Below the pieces are notes generated by a model. It was not told the DNA's origin, made no database searches, and saw only the letters and a list, made by a program, of their open reading frames with translations. Positions 12,856 to 27,367 of a DNA stretch of 64,000 bases are shown here, in pieces. The position numbers and the translations under genes are program-made. Source of the DNA: the human T2T-CHM13v2.0 reference genome, Homo sapiens; the NCBI RefSeq assembly GCF_009914755.1, contig NC_060932.1. One strand, given 5' to 3'. The number at the start of each line of letters is the position of its first letter. The stretch's first letter is position 1.

Positions 12856-13898
12856 TGCAGTCTGATTTTTGTTTATGGAATGAGATCATTCTATCAGATG
12901 TAAGAGCTCCATTGTCCTTTGTTACACATTCAAGACAGACAAAAAATGCTAATAGCAATTATGTGAGTGCATTGGAGAAGAATTAAGACTCAGAAAAGTG
13001 TAGTGTTGAAAACATTCACTTAAAGACAGGGATATTTTCAGTAAAGCAGCAATAAACATTGCAAACTGGTTGAGTTGTTTTTGTTCATATTATATATCTC
13101 CTCTACCTCCCAAACCTACTTAGTTTTCACATATGCATGGAACTTCAAATTTAGAGGTGCAAATTTTGAGGAAATGACAATATTTCTTTTGTCAAGGTCT
13201 CCTTTGCAAAACCAAGTATGGAATTGCTAAACATGAAGAACTTGAAAACAGTTCATTTAAATCAGAAAGTAATTGGGTCCAATAATCAATGTGCATTCAC
13301 CTAAATTACTATGGATAATGAAATTGTTGTACCTCTGTTCTGGGTTGTTAAAATCCACGTGCAGTATTTCTTCTCTCCCAAAAGCATCGTGGAAAGACTC
13401 CACCATATTCCTCCAGACTTGGTGAGAGTTCCTGCCTCTGATCTGCCCTCTCTGGTTCCTATAATCTTGCTCTTATTATCTTCTCCTTACACATCCACTA
13501 ATCCACCATTCTAGGTGGTATTAAGAACTTTTTCACATACTAGATCATAACTCCTTAATTCTTAGATTGTATTTCCAGTTAGAACACTGCTGATTTGGGG
13601 GGATATATAGAATTTACATTTAAATATTAGTGGATTAGAACAAGAATCTCTGAAGAAAAAGTATTAACTATTAGCGGAATTCACTTATAAGTTGACTAGC
13701 CAGTATTCAGCAGAGGTTTAGGTTAGTTGGGCAAGCAGGGGTTAACTTTCCAATGCTGTTGCCTTGTATTTCGTTGAGGAAATTTAAGCAATCACAGGAG
13801 AACTTCCACAGATCCCACTACCACCGCTAACCCTCAATGCATCTGAATCCATACACATTCTGTTCCTTCCCTGCAGCCCTTCCACTTTATATTGGATC

Positions 13899-14351
13899 CT
13901 ATTAAGGGCTGAATTTTGTCTGTTCCCCCCACCCCTGCCAAATTCATCTGTTGAACTCTTAACCCCTCGGTACCTCACACAATGACATTATTTGAAAATA
14001 TGGTGTTGCAGATGTAATTATTTAAGGTAAAATTAGGTCATGCTGGAGTAGGGTGGGCCCCTAAACCAATATGACTTGCATGCCTATAAAAAGGAGAAAT
14101 TTGGACACAGACATGTACACATGGAGAACTCCTGTGATGCTTGGAGTCATGCTGCCACAAGCCAGGCAACTACAGGAAGCTAGGAGACAGGCCTGGAACA
14201 GATCTCTCCAGAGTGCCTTCAGAGCAGTCATAGTCCTGCTGACACCTTGATCTCAGACTTCTAGGCTCCAGAACTGTGAGACAATAAATGTGTATTGTTT
14301 CAGTCACTTGGATTGTGGTGCTTTGTTAAAGCAGCCCTGGGAATCTACTAC
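13899..14351 (+). mobile_element. MaLR solo LTR (MLT1B/C-like) nested in L2
   Basis: gggctgaattttgtc...gacttctaggctccagaactgtgagacaataaat...gcagccctgggaatctactaca. Confidence 0.85.
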
Positions 14352-15783
14352 AGGCCACAACCTCTCAGCACCAAGCCATTGTCTTCTCGATCCTCAGGAC
14401 AATTTCCCCTCTGCATGGGAATTCCCATCAGCACATAGGCATGCTGTAAGCCACCTCCAGCTATGGCCCTATTTCTTTGCTCCCTCAGATAGCAAAATTA
14501 TTGAAGAAATTGCTTACACTCCTTCTCTCTACTTTCTTTCCTCAATTTTCTTTGGAACTGATTCCAATCAGGCTTTTTTCAAAACCGCTCTTAACCTCCA
14601 CGCTGCCAAATCTAGGGCGCATATCTCAGTATTTATTTTATGCCATCTGTCAGCAGCATTTGTTTGGCTACCAGGATGCTTTCTCTTTGTGCTTCTCATA
14701 ACTCATTGGCCACTTTTTCTTAGTCTCCTTTGATGGTTCCTTCCATTTTGCTGCCCTTAAACATTTGTATTTCAATTATATCTCAATGAAGCTTTTATAG
14801 AAATAAACAAATAGTGGAGTGCTTCAGGTCTCGGCTCCTGGACCTAATAAGATGCTCTGAATCTACATTCATTCTTAAATTAAAACATCCAGTCCTCCTG
14901 GCTTTAGATAAAATACCACTATACCAAGGCATCCAAATTTGTGTCTAGCTTGGACCTCACTCTTCAATTCAAGAATTGTCTATCTGTTACTAGACATCTA
15001 TGTGTGTCAAGCAACTCAAATTAAAGCTGCCTCCCCTAAACTGGTTCTTCCTCAGTTTAAACAATGACCACTCTACTCTTCCTGTTGTGTGAACTAAAAT
15101 TTTTGGACACATCCTTAGCCCTCCTTTTTGTAATACCCCACATCGATTATATGAGAAAATAACATATAACATTTAAGCACTTTTCACCACCTCTGCTGCC
15201 TGTCTATGCCACCATTGTCTCTTAACTCGTTTATTGCAAGATCATCCTAACTGAAACCATATTGCATTAATAATTTCCCTGTAGCTTACATAGCTGCCTG
15301 GGAGATCCTTTTAAAACATAGTCACATTACCACCTGCAGTGGCTTCCATGTTACTTCCATCCAAAGTCTTTATCAGGTCCTCATAGAGTCCTGCAGGGTC
15401 CATGTGACTGTTTCTTCACTCATTCTGTTGCAGCCAATCTGGCCTCTTTGCTTCCTCCCCACCCCCGACCTCCGCCCAAGCATTCTAGAAAAGCATGATT
15501 CTAGCTCAGGGCCTTTGCACTTTTCTCTGCCTCTGATGCATTTCTGCCAGGTGGCCATATGGCTCACTTCCTCATTCCCTTCAAGTCTCTGGCTCAAATA
15601 TCATCTTACCAGAGAGCATTCTTTGATAAAACCCTTGCCTAGTTATTCTCTATCCTTCTTGCCTTATTTTGTTCAAAACAACAACACTGAAAGATTTATG
15701 ACGTCAGGGATTTTGTTTGTATCATGGGCCATTTAGAACAGATCCTGGCACATAAGTATGTGTTGAGTGAATTACTGAATGAT
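14352..15783 (+). mobile_element. L2 3' portion
   Basis: L2 RT and 3'UTR motifs ending ctggcacataagtatgtgttgagtgaattactgaatga. Confidence 0.8.
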
Positions 15784-17068
15784 CCAGGATTGGGCTTGAT
15801 AAGGTGAGACTTCCAGGAATAGCCTGAGGTTTCTGTACTTCATTCAATGCTATGTTGTGCTCATCCTGCCCAACTATGCACCTCAATGTAAACCTTTGTT
15901 TGCTTCTCTTTATCCTGCCTAGGACCTTGCCATGGGTCTCTGTGCAGATTCTTGTGGTGATGCCCTTTGAGGAATCTTTTTTTCTCTTTATTTTTTTGGT
16001 GTCTAGATGAGTGCCCATCACATGGTCAATGAATGATTTTTTTAATGATTAAGTGTATAGTTGGTTTTTAGGCCTTTGATTTTGAGTCTTGAGCTATAAT
16101 CCTGACCCAAATTGATTCTTTGGCTGTGATCTTATTTCATGGCAGGTTTGCTTTAAGGGGATTTAGATTGAATATTTTCCAAAATGTGATAGCTAAAACA
16201 TGTTTTGGAAGTACGTTGTGAAACCTCAGTTAAATAACCTAAAGCAGTAAACGCAACATCCAACTTTTAAGGAATAGTATGGACAGTGTTCTTATGTTCT
16301 TATTCATACACAGACTCACATAAGGCAAGTATCAACTTTGTTCCTTTCATGTTTATTAACGGGACATGCTCTTCATGTCTGGCAAGAGCCTTTCATCACA
16401 TGATAATGAGATTCCACTTGGTCTTGGTCCACAACACTTAGCACATTACATCAGTATTTCTCAAGCGTTTCCACTGAAATACTTCAAATATCAGAGGAGA
16501 GCAACATGCATTCCTAAGGGTCTGGCTATGTAAACCAAAGAAGTTAACAGCAAATTCAAAAGTGTTTTATTATTACAATTTATGGAATTTTCCATTCTAC
16601 TCCAAATAAGCCTTGGAGTTTTTATTATGTTTTGACATAAAATATTATGAGATATTTCCAGTTAAATTATCTATATTTTGTCCTGAATCCTCAAAAGGAA
16701 ACTGAAGATGAACCATGATTGTCTTGTGGCTTTGTGTAGCCCCTGAGACCTGGCATCAGTCTAAATGCCTGATCTGGGGCTCACTGCACAATCTCTGGAC
16801 AGCAGCAGCACTGACCATCCTTGTTAGATGTGACTCTAGCAACTATTGAACCAAACTAACTGCCTATGAAGACTGCTCCCTGATTATATGGCTGCTCTTG
16901 GCAGCTGATAACTTTCTGTCTGATCCAATCCTCATCTCTAATGGAATGATGCATCACTGTGTAATGGGTCCTGTTTTATTCATCCTGTTCTATTAAGCTA
17001 AGATCGATAATGCAACTAACATCCTGAAGGTTCACATTATACCCAAGTTTTACTATGGTGTCACTCAC

Positions 17069-17217
17069 CTTGGCACAAGACTTAGTGTAATAATATTGAA
17101 TACCTAATAAGATTGTAATTATCTGTACTTCTCAAGCACTACAACACAGTTTCAACTCTAATTCTTTTACAGGCTTTCCTGGGCCTGTGCTACAGGGAAT
17201 GAACCATTTGAGGTACC
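17069..17217 (-). other. Candidate 149-nt cryptic or noncoding exon
   Basis: Minus strand reads ccttccttgtaagctcttcctttag|GGTACC...GCCAAG|gtgagt; stops in all frames. Confidence 0.2.
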
Positions 17218-17589
17218 CTAAAGGAAGAGCTTACAAGGAAGGCATGGGTGGAAGTGTGAAGAAATGAAGCAGATGGGTTAGGGGGATGGAGAACCTCAGT
17301 TTGAGGGAGTGTGGGAGGTGAACTCAGAAAGATAGGAAAGGTCAGATATGTACATGGGGCAATGCACATCTTACCTTCTCACTTGGCCCTAAATGCTGGA
17401 GTGACACAATTGGAATTCATTAAGTAAAAGCAACAATGCAGCCAAGGTGAGGCCATTGGAAGCTTTTGATCCAGAATGGGACATGATGAAAGCAGCATCG
17501 TATGGACGTGGATTGGTGAATCCTATATGGGCTGCTGTGGCATGGAACAGCTGGTAAAGCAGAGCTGAGGCTGTCCCATAGTCCAGGTG

Positions 17590-17970
17590 GGAGGCAGTGA
17601 GGTATTGAAGGGTAAGGAGAATGGGTTTGGGAGCTACCTCCTGACTCTGAGACCTCATCTATAAAGTGAGGATGTGACCTAGTTCACAAGGTCATACTGA
17701 AGACTAATGAGATAAAATACAATAATGTTTAGCAGAGTGCCATGCCAGGCCCTCAGAAATGCACGAGATAGAGTAGCATAGCGAGGCTCTGAACCTACTG
17801 CCTGGGTTTACATTCTGGCTTCACTACTATGGGCTGCTGGGTTCTGCTGCACAATCCTTAACTTCTCTGAGCTGCACCTTCTTCCCTGGAAGATGGGGAG
17901 AATTACAGAGCCTGCCTCAAAAGCTGGTTGTAAAGATTAGATATATTAAGTGTCCGATATGTGCTCACAA
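17590..17970 (+). mobile_element. Two adjacent MIR fragments
   Basis: cctcatctataaagtgaggatg (17654) and cctgggtttacattctggcttcactact...aacttctctgagc (17801-17872). Confidence 0.65.
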
Positions 17971-18227
17971 TTGTATGCCCTCTACCCTCCTGTGATAGCC
18001 TCAGACTGGGAGCCAAAGAAATAAAGGAGCAAACATGCAACAATTGAGAAGAACAGATGGGAATGACAACTGGTTTTATATTAAAGACAATGTGAAAAAT
18101 AAGTCAAAGACGACCCTCAAAATGGTTACACTGGCAGAGAAGGGAAATCAGGATATTGAATGAGTTTGGCTTGGGGGACAAGGCTGTACAATGTGAGTGA
18201 TGTTAAACTTGAAGAAACAGTGTAACA

Positions 18228-18913
18228 AAAAATTAAAAATTTTAAGAATAGAAAAAAGACAGCTTTAGAATAGAAAAAAGACAGTAGGAATATAAAAGGC
18301 AACAAAAAAAGACAGCTTTTTTTCTCTTGGCAGCTGATAAATTAAAAATTTTTAATTTTTTACTTTTTAAACTTTTTTACTAAGAACTAAGACAAACGAA
18401 CACATTAACCCAGGCCTACACAGCACCAGGATCATCAATGTCACTGTTTTCCATCTTCACATCTTGTCCTTACTGGAAGGTCTTCAGGGGCAATAACATG
18501 CATAGAGCTGTCACCTCCTAAGATAACAATGCCTTCTTCTGGAACACCTCTGAAGGACCTGCCTGAGGGTGTTTTACAATAAACTTTTTAAATAAGTAGA
18601 TGTACCCTCTATAAAATAAGAATAAAAAGTATAGTATAACAAATACATAAACCGGTAACATAGTCATTTAATATAAAGTATTATGTACTATACAGAATTG
18701 TATGTGCTCTATTTTTATACAACCAGCAGCACAGTAGGATTGTTTACACCAGCATCACCACAAGCACGTGAATAATGCATTATGCTAGGACATTGTAACT
18801 GCTACAATGTCACTAGGTGATAGTAATTTTTTCAGCTCCATTATGATCTTATGGGACCACCATCATCTATGTGGTTCATCATGGACTGAAGCTCTGTTAT
18901 GCACCACATGACT
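18228..18913. mobile_element. Tigger3-family DNA transposon fragment
   Basis: ggcctacacagcaccaggatcatcaatgtcactg...; terminus cttatgggaccacc...gttatgcaccacatgacta. Confidence 0.85.
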
Positions 18914-19600
18914 ATGTAGTGATTTAACATCCCCTGGTCCTTCAATGAGTGTTCTTTAGAAGACTCCTAAATCTAGGGATTAAAATTGTGTTTTCAAGTC
19001 TTTGACTTTGCTCAATTAAACGACATTTGACTTCACAGACTGTAACAAGAAGGGTTTTTATTTTCATGTTTTCTAGACATGTATGTTTAGTGTTCCTGAG
19101 ATAGCATGTTACTATTAACCTGTCTGATTATACGATTTGTATGTAAAAACTAATTCATTTTAGAGAATAACTGAAGCTTAGCTTTTGAAATACATTATAC
19201 TGTGTTCAGGTCATGATAAACGTCCTCTGGAGCATGGCTACCCCACCTAACATACGTAGCATAGTCTCCTGAAAAGCTCAACATGACTTACTGGGTGGCT
19301 ATAGACCAAGGCAAAGAATATCTTATACTTTTCTAAATTATATATATTATTGATTATACCATACCTTTTGGAATTTAAGAAAACTGCTAACTAGTATTAT
19401 AAAGGAGTTGCTAATTACAATATTAATATCATTATGTTCACCCAGGAATTTTCCTAAGCTCTAAAGTCAGTTCTAGTAAATCCCAGGAAGTAAAAAATCC
19501 CATATTTGATTGGGGCTCTTTGTTGCTGTATTGCCTGACTCTGCCTCAGAGTTTTGTCAACACAGTTGTCCAGGAAGTCATGGACACTAAAGTTGAATTT

Positions 19601-19913
<313 letters not shown>

Positions 19914-20769
19914 TAAGGTTGAATTCTAATTGTCACCTAGGCAACTTTGATAAAATAACATCATTGAGATAAGATTGCTTCCAAATACTAGAAAAAGTTG
20001 TTTTGTGTTCTTGTTTATCGTGTATCTATATAATATGTTAAGTGGAGAGAGAATTAAAAGAATCACAGGCTCTGGTTTGATTAATAATAGGTGGATCCTT
20101 CTGAACAGTGTTTATCCTGGCATAATGAAAGAACTTTCTTATTCTTTCCTATGTAATGTCAGGAAATATGACGTAAACAGCAGGGATGTAAAAGACACAA
20201 GTAGCTATCACCATTGAACAATGTTGGCACTGTCCCTAAGCCTTTTCCATTGCTTCTGACACTTTTTTTTCTATTCCCCTTCAAAGGTTTTGATTATTCA
20301 TGCATGTAAGCATTAATTCATTTACTTATTCCATAAATGTTTATTGATTTCTAGGCACTGTGCCAGGCCAGTATAGAAAGAAAGAAGAAAACAATAAAAT
20401 CCATTTTTATTTGAAGTAGGGGGAGAGTTTGCAAGCAACTTAAAAAAATTAAAGAATCGAAAGAAGAACTAAGTTTTAGGAATGCCATGAATTAGGCTAA
20501 CTCGTAGGATCTGGGTAGCAGGAATGAATGCACAGCTTCATCAGGGCACTGCTGCTGAAGTGTATCCTTCTACTGGAAGGAGCTTCTGATTGGCCTGGCC
20601 TAGGTCAGGAACCCATCACTTGGTCAGGGAGAGCAGGACACCTTGATTGAAAGGTCCTCCAGTGGAGTTTGAGGAGCTCCCAAGTTCTGCTAGTAAAAGA
20701 AAAGAGAACAGATACTGTACAGGCAAAAAGAGCAGGTGCCTGCTACAGAGGAGGCTAAGTGGGTGCTAT

Positions 20770-21540
20770 TTGTCTTACAGTGTGAGATACAGATAATTAG
20801 AGACATGGGCAGGGTGCTGCAGGAGTGCAGAGATGGGGCACTTAGGGAGGAGGAAATTAACTCATTAGGAGGCCATGGAAGATGGGGTTGGAAACGTTGG
20901 CAGGAGCTAGGTCATGAAGGCCTTTATATGGCATATTTGTGAGTTTATACTTTTTCCCTTGAATGATGGGTAGAGATTGAAGGATATTAATGAAAAAAAT
21001 CACTTTAGAAAAATTAGTCTGCTGATGAGGCAGTGGGCACATTAGAAGGTAAGAGCTGGAGTGAGGTAATCAGTTAGAATAAATGGTGAGAAGTGGCCTA
21101 AAAACGGCATCCTTGGAGTTAGAAAGGGATGGGTTCTAGAGATACTTATAATCTACAGGGGTTGGTAACTGATTGACCATGAGACATGAAGAAGAATTAG
21201 GATTCTGGGTGGCTTTCAAGTTCCTGGCTTGAGCCAAGCGTGTGGTCACTAATAGAAGAAATACAAAATAAGGTGTACCGTATCTGATTCATTGATCTGA
21301 TGTTCCCCTGGGACATCTGGGTGGCACTAGCCAAGGCCGCAGTGTTGTAGAAGGATGTGAAAACCAGCGAGAGGTCAGGGCTGCAGATGTGGCAGCTGAC
21401 AGTATATATAGGTGGTAGTTAAAGCCCTTGAACCAGGGGCAGAGTGGGTAGGAGTAAGGGGTGTAGAGTCAGAGTCCTTGGGAATCACAGTATTTAAGAC
21501 GCAGGAGCAAGAAAGCAGGGTATGAGGAAAGAAGGAAGGT
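20770..21540 (-). mobile_element. L2 fragment
   Basis: Purine-rich reverse L2 motifs (gttggtaactgattga; tgatgttcccctgggacatctgggtgg). Confidence 0.6.
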
Positions 21541-22175
21541 TAGCTGCCCCTGCATCACCCCCTCCTCACCCCCACCTACCCTCAAATGATAAGAAGGTTT
21601 GAGAAATCTGTAGAGATTCAATTATGTCCTTTTCTGTAAATAAAGCCCTAGTATAGTATATCCTGGTACCATGGGGAACTCTTGAATATGTTAGATTTAA
21701 AAAGAGTATTTGATCAGTGACCAACAGTTAAAACAGACTATCACTAGGAGGCTTAGAATTTATTAAGAACTGGACTGGCAGACCTGTATTGAGAGTAGAA
21801 AGTCACTGAGTAGATTTCTGAGATGTGCACCTCTCCCCTGAGATATTCACACAGATTTATTTTATGGGGTCCACCCAACATAATTTAAGTGTCAATTTTA
21901 TTGTGCTTCAGCCCTGTGAACAAATATAGTCATCTTTATTCCTTTGCACTATTAATGTTTCCTCTCTAGATAATTTATGTCAAAACAAATTTAAGAGGTT
22001 TCCATGGAGTAGAAAAAATTATAATTTCACTAAGGCAAGGAAAAGGAAGAAACTCTTCTCTGAAGTACAACAGGACTTCATTGCTGTTCTAAAGCACAAA
22101 TGTTGGATTTAAGAATATTATATCCTTCTTAAAAGTCAGAAGAAAACTTCTGACATAAAGCCAACTGTGGCAGGC

Positions 22176-22219
22176 CATATAGAAATGAATTTGTATTCAT
22201 ATAGAAATGAATTTGTATC
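22176..22219. repeat. 22-bp tandem duplication
   Basis: catatagaaatgaatttgtat(t/c) twice. Confidence 0.9.
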
Positions 22220-22369
22220 TGAAAGGAATGACTTGGCATTGGGGAAACATCACTCTTAAAATCAGCACCCCATATTCTTAGGGTGTTTTCAACAATTTCA
22301 GGGTTTTTTTTCTTCCAGTTCTGAAAAATATATATATAAAACATAAGTTCATAAGGACTTGGGCAGTGT

Positions 22370-23137
<768 letters not shown>

Positions 23138-23363
23138 TTATCTATAAGATTGTTTTTCCCATTTGAAACACAAAATATCTCAGTATATTGCTTTGTCAAG
23201 ACTTTGACCTTTTTACACAGAAAGACATACTCTATCCCTTTGATAGAGTCTGCAGTATGAGCTTGTTGGAGTGTAGCCTGGGCGACCAGTGTCCTGCTAT
23301 TCGTCTTATAGGCCTATTTGGGCTTCTCCAAGTTAACAGAATATGATCATCCTTTTTTGGATA

Positions 23364-23519
23364 TTTTTTTTTGAAACAAGGTCTTGCTCTGTTGCCCAGG
23401 CTGGAGTGCAGTGGCACAATCATAGCTCACTGGCCCCTCTGACTCCTGGGCTCAAGTGATCCTCCTGCCTCAGCCTCTCAAAGTACTGGGATTACAGGCA
23501 TGCACCACCACACCTGGCC
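23364..23519 (-). mobile_element. Alu monomer (FRAM-like)
   Basis: ~155-bp single arm that starts GGCC on the minus strand and carries the right-arm 3' sequence and tail. Confidence 0.8.
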
Positions 23520-25119
23520 AGGCAATTTTCTTATCTAAGAAACATGAAAGGGAAAGAGAAGCAAAGCTACAGGGCAGTAAGTTGGTATTGAAGAGAGCAA
23601 TCAATAAATCATCTTGCCAGCATAGTAAGCAACCTGAAAACAACCTCAAACACAATTCATCATCGAGTGTTCGGTAATGACCTCTCAGAAATTGTTTCTT
23701 GTCACTGGGTGATAAATAATTTTCTAAGACTAATGTGGGATTGTTCACCCTATGGTAGAATTACATATCCTTGGTGATTTGGGTTAGAAACAGAGTCCTG
23801 GGCACAAAACTCAGAGATTAAACCCACGTCATTTTTATCCAGATCAATACTTAGAATTAAATGTATGACCTAAATAGCCATCTTAAAATTATTTTATTCT
23901 CCAGGACAATGGTCTTCTTCCAAGCTGGATGGCATGAAATAATGAGGATAGGCTGTCTCCAGATTCCTGTAGAATTCCCTGGAGAAATCTGATTCACAGG
24001 AGAGCTCACCTCATAGCATCAGTTACCTAGGGAGCTCTGTGGGAAGTCACTTGAGAATGCTACTGAGAATAATAAAAAGCATCCTCTCTCACTGACAGGA
24101 AGTTGATAATGTCTTCATAAATATTTGGAATGAATTAATATGATTCAATTTACTCTTTAATGTGGATGGTCTCTGATAGCAACATATTGGAATATCTGTT
24201 TCTAAAAACAAAGCAATTTTTAGAAACTCAGTTAATCAATACAGTGTTTTTCATGGTATTTTCTCATGACTTGGTGAGCATTTTTTGGAACAGTGTGTTT
24301 TTCTTTCAGCTCTGTTGTCATCACCCAATGGAAATTTTAGACAGCCTTTGTGACAATAGCAGAAAATTTTCCTTGCTAAAATGTAATTTTATTTTGTGGG
24401 TATATTATATTTAGCCTATTTTCAAGCTGGACCTGTCATCCTTCTCCCCCAGTGAGTGGTGAGAAAGCTGTCTAAGGAGATTCCAGCAAGTATGCTTTCT
24501 TGGGGTGGACATGTGGTTTTCTCAGTGGGGAGGGGTCACAACGATGGAACTCATAAAGGGTAAAACTGCAGCAATGAAAATACAAAAATAAGCCATAGTC
24601 TAAGTAGTGTGCCGTTAACCCTAAGGCCACAAACTCAATTGTTTCAAATAGTTAAAGAATTAGTTGGTTCTTTCAAACTAAAATTTTGTTTCTGTAATTT
24701 TGTTTTGACCTTATGCAAGTGATGGTTCTACAGTGTCATATTCTAGAAAGATAAAAGAGCCTTGGAAATGGAGACATTGATCCATATGCTTTTACTTGAC
24801 TGTCTTTTAAAATAAGGTGCATGATGCCTCCATATTCCATGTTTTAGAGGCCCAGAAATGGCCTGCCCTAAGGAGCTATAGTTGGGAGTTGGGTTTCTCT
24901 CAGCCTAGGCAAAAGCAGGGGATCCTACATGGGGCAGCTGGAGAAGTTTGGGCTATGGAGCACAGTTCAGGCCAGAGTCTGTGAGACAAAGTGTGGAAAG
25001 ACCAGAGGCTGAATCTCCTCTTTACTGGAGATAGAACCTCTTTGCTGGAGATAGAACCAAAGCCTGGAAACCTGAGAGGCAGGGCCCTGAGCGTTCACTG
25101 AGAGCACCGCTGTATTTGC

Positions 25120-25670
25120 AGCTCCTACATAAAGCATATCCTGGAATCTGTCCTCCACACTAATATGAAAATGATCTTTGTAAAATACCCATGTGATTGT
25201 CATGTACCTACTTGAAACCCTTCATGGTCCTGTAACTTTCAGGTTAAAAAATCCGAGAGCCCTTTTGAGCTCCTTAGCTTTCTGAACTGATTTCTTATTG
25301 TTCTCTGAGTTTGCATGCATTGCTGTAGCCCCCAGGACCTATTCAACGTTCCCAAGTGCATCAAGCTGTTTCATCCCTCCCTGTGGGTTTTTCCACTGGA
25401 ATGCCTATTCTTCTTGGGCTATCATCTAGCTAATTCCTGCTTAACCTCCTTGGGTTGGCTGGGTTGAAAAAATATCTCCCCCAACAATACCCTACACCTG
25501 CCTTCATGATAGTATTCACCATGTTTTTCTGTAATTCTTAGTGTTTGTCTGTCTCCCCACTGCACCATAAGTTTCTTAAGGGCAGAGACCAGGGCTCATT
25601 TTACTTTGCATTTCAGTGCCTAGCAAGGTACTTAATAAATAATTGAATAAATATTGAATAAATGAATTAA
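25120..25670 (+). mobile_element. L2 3' end
   Basis: ...cagtgcctagcaaggtacttaataaataattgaataaatattgaataaatgaat. Confidence 0.75.
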
Positions 25671-25729
25671 CTACTTTAGAGTGTAATTACCATAATTTTA
25701 TAAAGAAAGGAGGAAGCTTAATTTACTCA

Positions 25730-26035
<306 letters not shown>

Positions 26036-26396
26036 TATTCATTATTTTAATTTGTGGTACATTATGTTTATAAATAACTTTCACATATTGAGGAAGGATA
26101 AATAAATGGTATAGATGGAAGTAGATATAAATGGAGATAGAGAGAGAGAGATAGTACTTTAAAAGTTATTTCATTTGTGTAATTGTTCATCAATAAATAT
26201 GGATTGACTAACTGTTATGTGACAAGCACTGAGCTTAGCAGTATAGAGAGAAAGTCATTTAGAGACAGGCCCTGTCTCCAAAACTCATTCTGGTGGAAAT
26301 GAATAGACACACAAGCAATAAATGTAGTACATTTTGATAAGTACTGTGGTCAACATAAACTGAGTCTTGAACTTTAACATTTTACATTTAACATTG

Positions 26397-26835
26397 AACT
26401 TTATTGAGGTTAAATTTACAAATCCTAAAATTCACCCATTATAAATGTATATATAACAATTTTTAGTATGTTTGCAGAGTTGTGCAAGGACTACCATGTC
26501 CTAATTTTAGGACATTTTCATCACCCAAAAAGAAAGCTTGTGTCCATTTGTGGTCACTCACTCTTCGTTCCCACTCCCAGCCCCAGGAAGCTGCTAATCT
26601 CCTTTCTGTCTCTATAGATTTGCCTTTTCTGGACATTTCCATAAATGGAATGGTACTGTATGTGATCTTTGTGTTTGGGTTTTTCCCTTGGCATAAGGTT
26701 TTTGAGGTTATCCATGTGGTGGCATATATCAGTATTTCATTCCTTTTTATTACCCGATAGCATTCCATTATAGAATATATCGCATTTTATCCATTCACCA
26801 GTTAGTGGACATTTGGGTTGTCTCCCTTTTTGTGC
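26397..26835 (-). mobile_element. L1MB7/8-type 3' end
   Basis: actttattgagg...aaattcaccca...gatttgccttttctggacatttccataaatggaat...ggacatttgggttg. Confidence 0.85.
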
Positions 26836-27328
26836 TAAGAACTTTGGAATTAAAAAAAAACTTCTTCTGATCGTGAGTCTGGCTTATGTTTTGCATTGCT
26901 ACTTATGAAATCTGTCTTTATTTTACATTCGGTGACTAGACTGGGGCCTAATTTCTTTTATTTGTGATGCTAGAACAAAACTATTAGTTTTCCTGAAATT
27001 ACTCATTCCATTAACAGGTCTGCATTAAAACCTTGCCCTCGCCATAAAAAAAAAAAAAAATCAAACTTCTTAACAATTTAAAGCTAGGTAGCTGTAGTAG
27101 GGTGCTATAAGAAATATATTTTTTTCTGAAGCCAATCTGCCATATTTTCTGCATTCACTGAGCTTTGAAAGCTGGGAAGAATTTCATTTCATGTCACTCG
27201 CTCCCATGAATCGTACACTGTTTAGAAATGGACATGTGTGAGACATCTTGATTCCTTTGAAAGTAGATTTATAAAATGCTGCCCAGTAAGAGCAACCATA
27301 TGATTCCATAATTATTGTTTCCCAATAA

Positions 27329-27367
27329 GCTCCCAAGAAGCAAATTGCTCCCAAGAAGCAAATTGCT
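27329..27367. repeat. 18-bp tandem duplication
   Basis: gctcccaagaagcaaatt twice, perfect. Confidence 0.92.

Noticed and set aside
12301-12958. Alu-overlapping ORFs (also near 3561, 19454, 22633, 23232, 29055, 48533)
   Set aside because: Standard Alu-derived translations, not genes.
27046-27060. Isolated A-tract as a possible retrocopy tail
   Set aside because: No TSD or recognisable upstream body.
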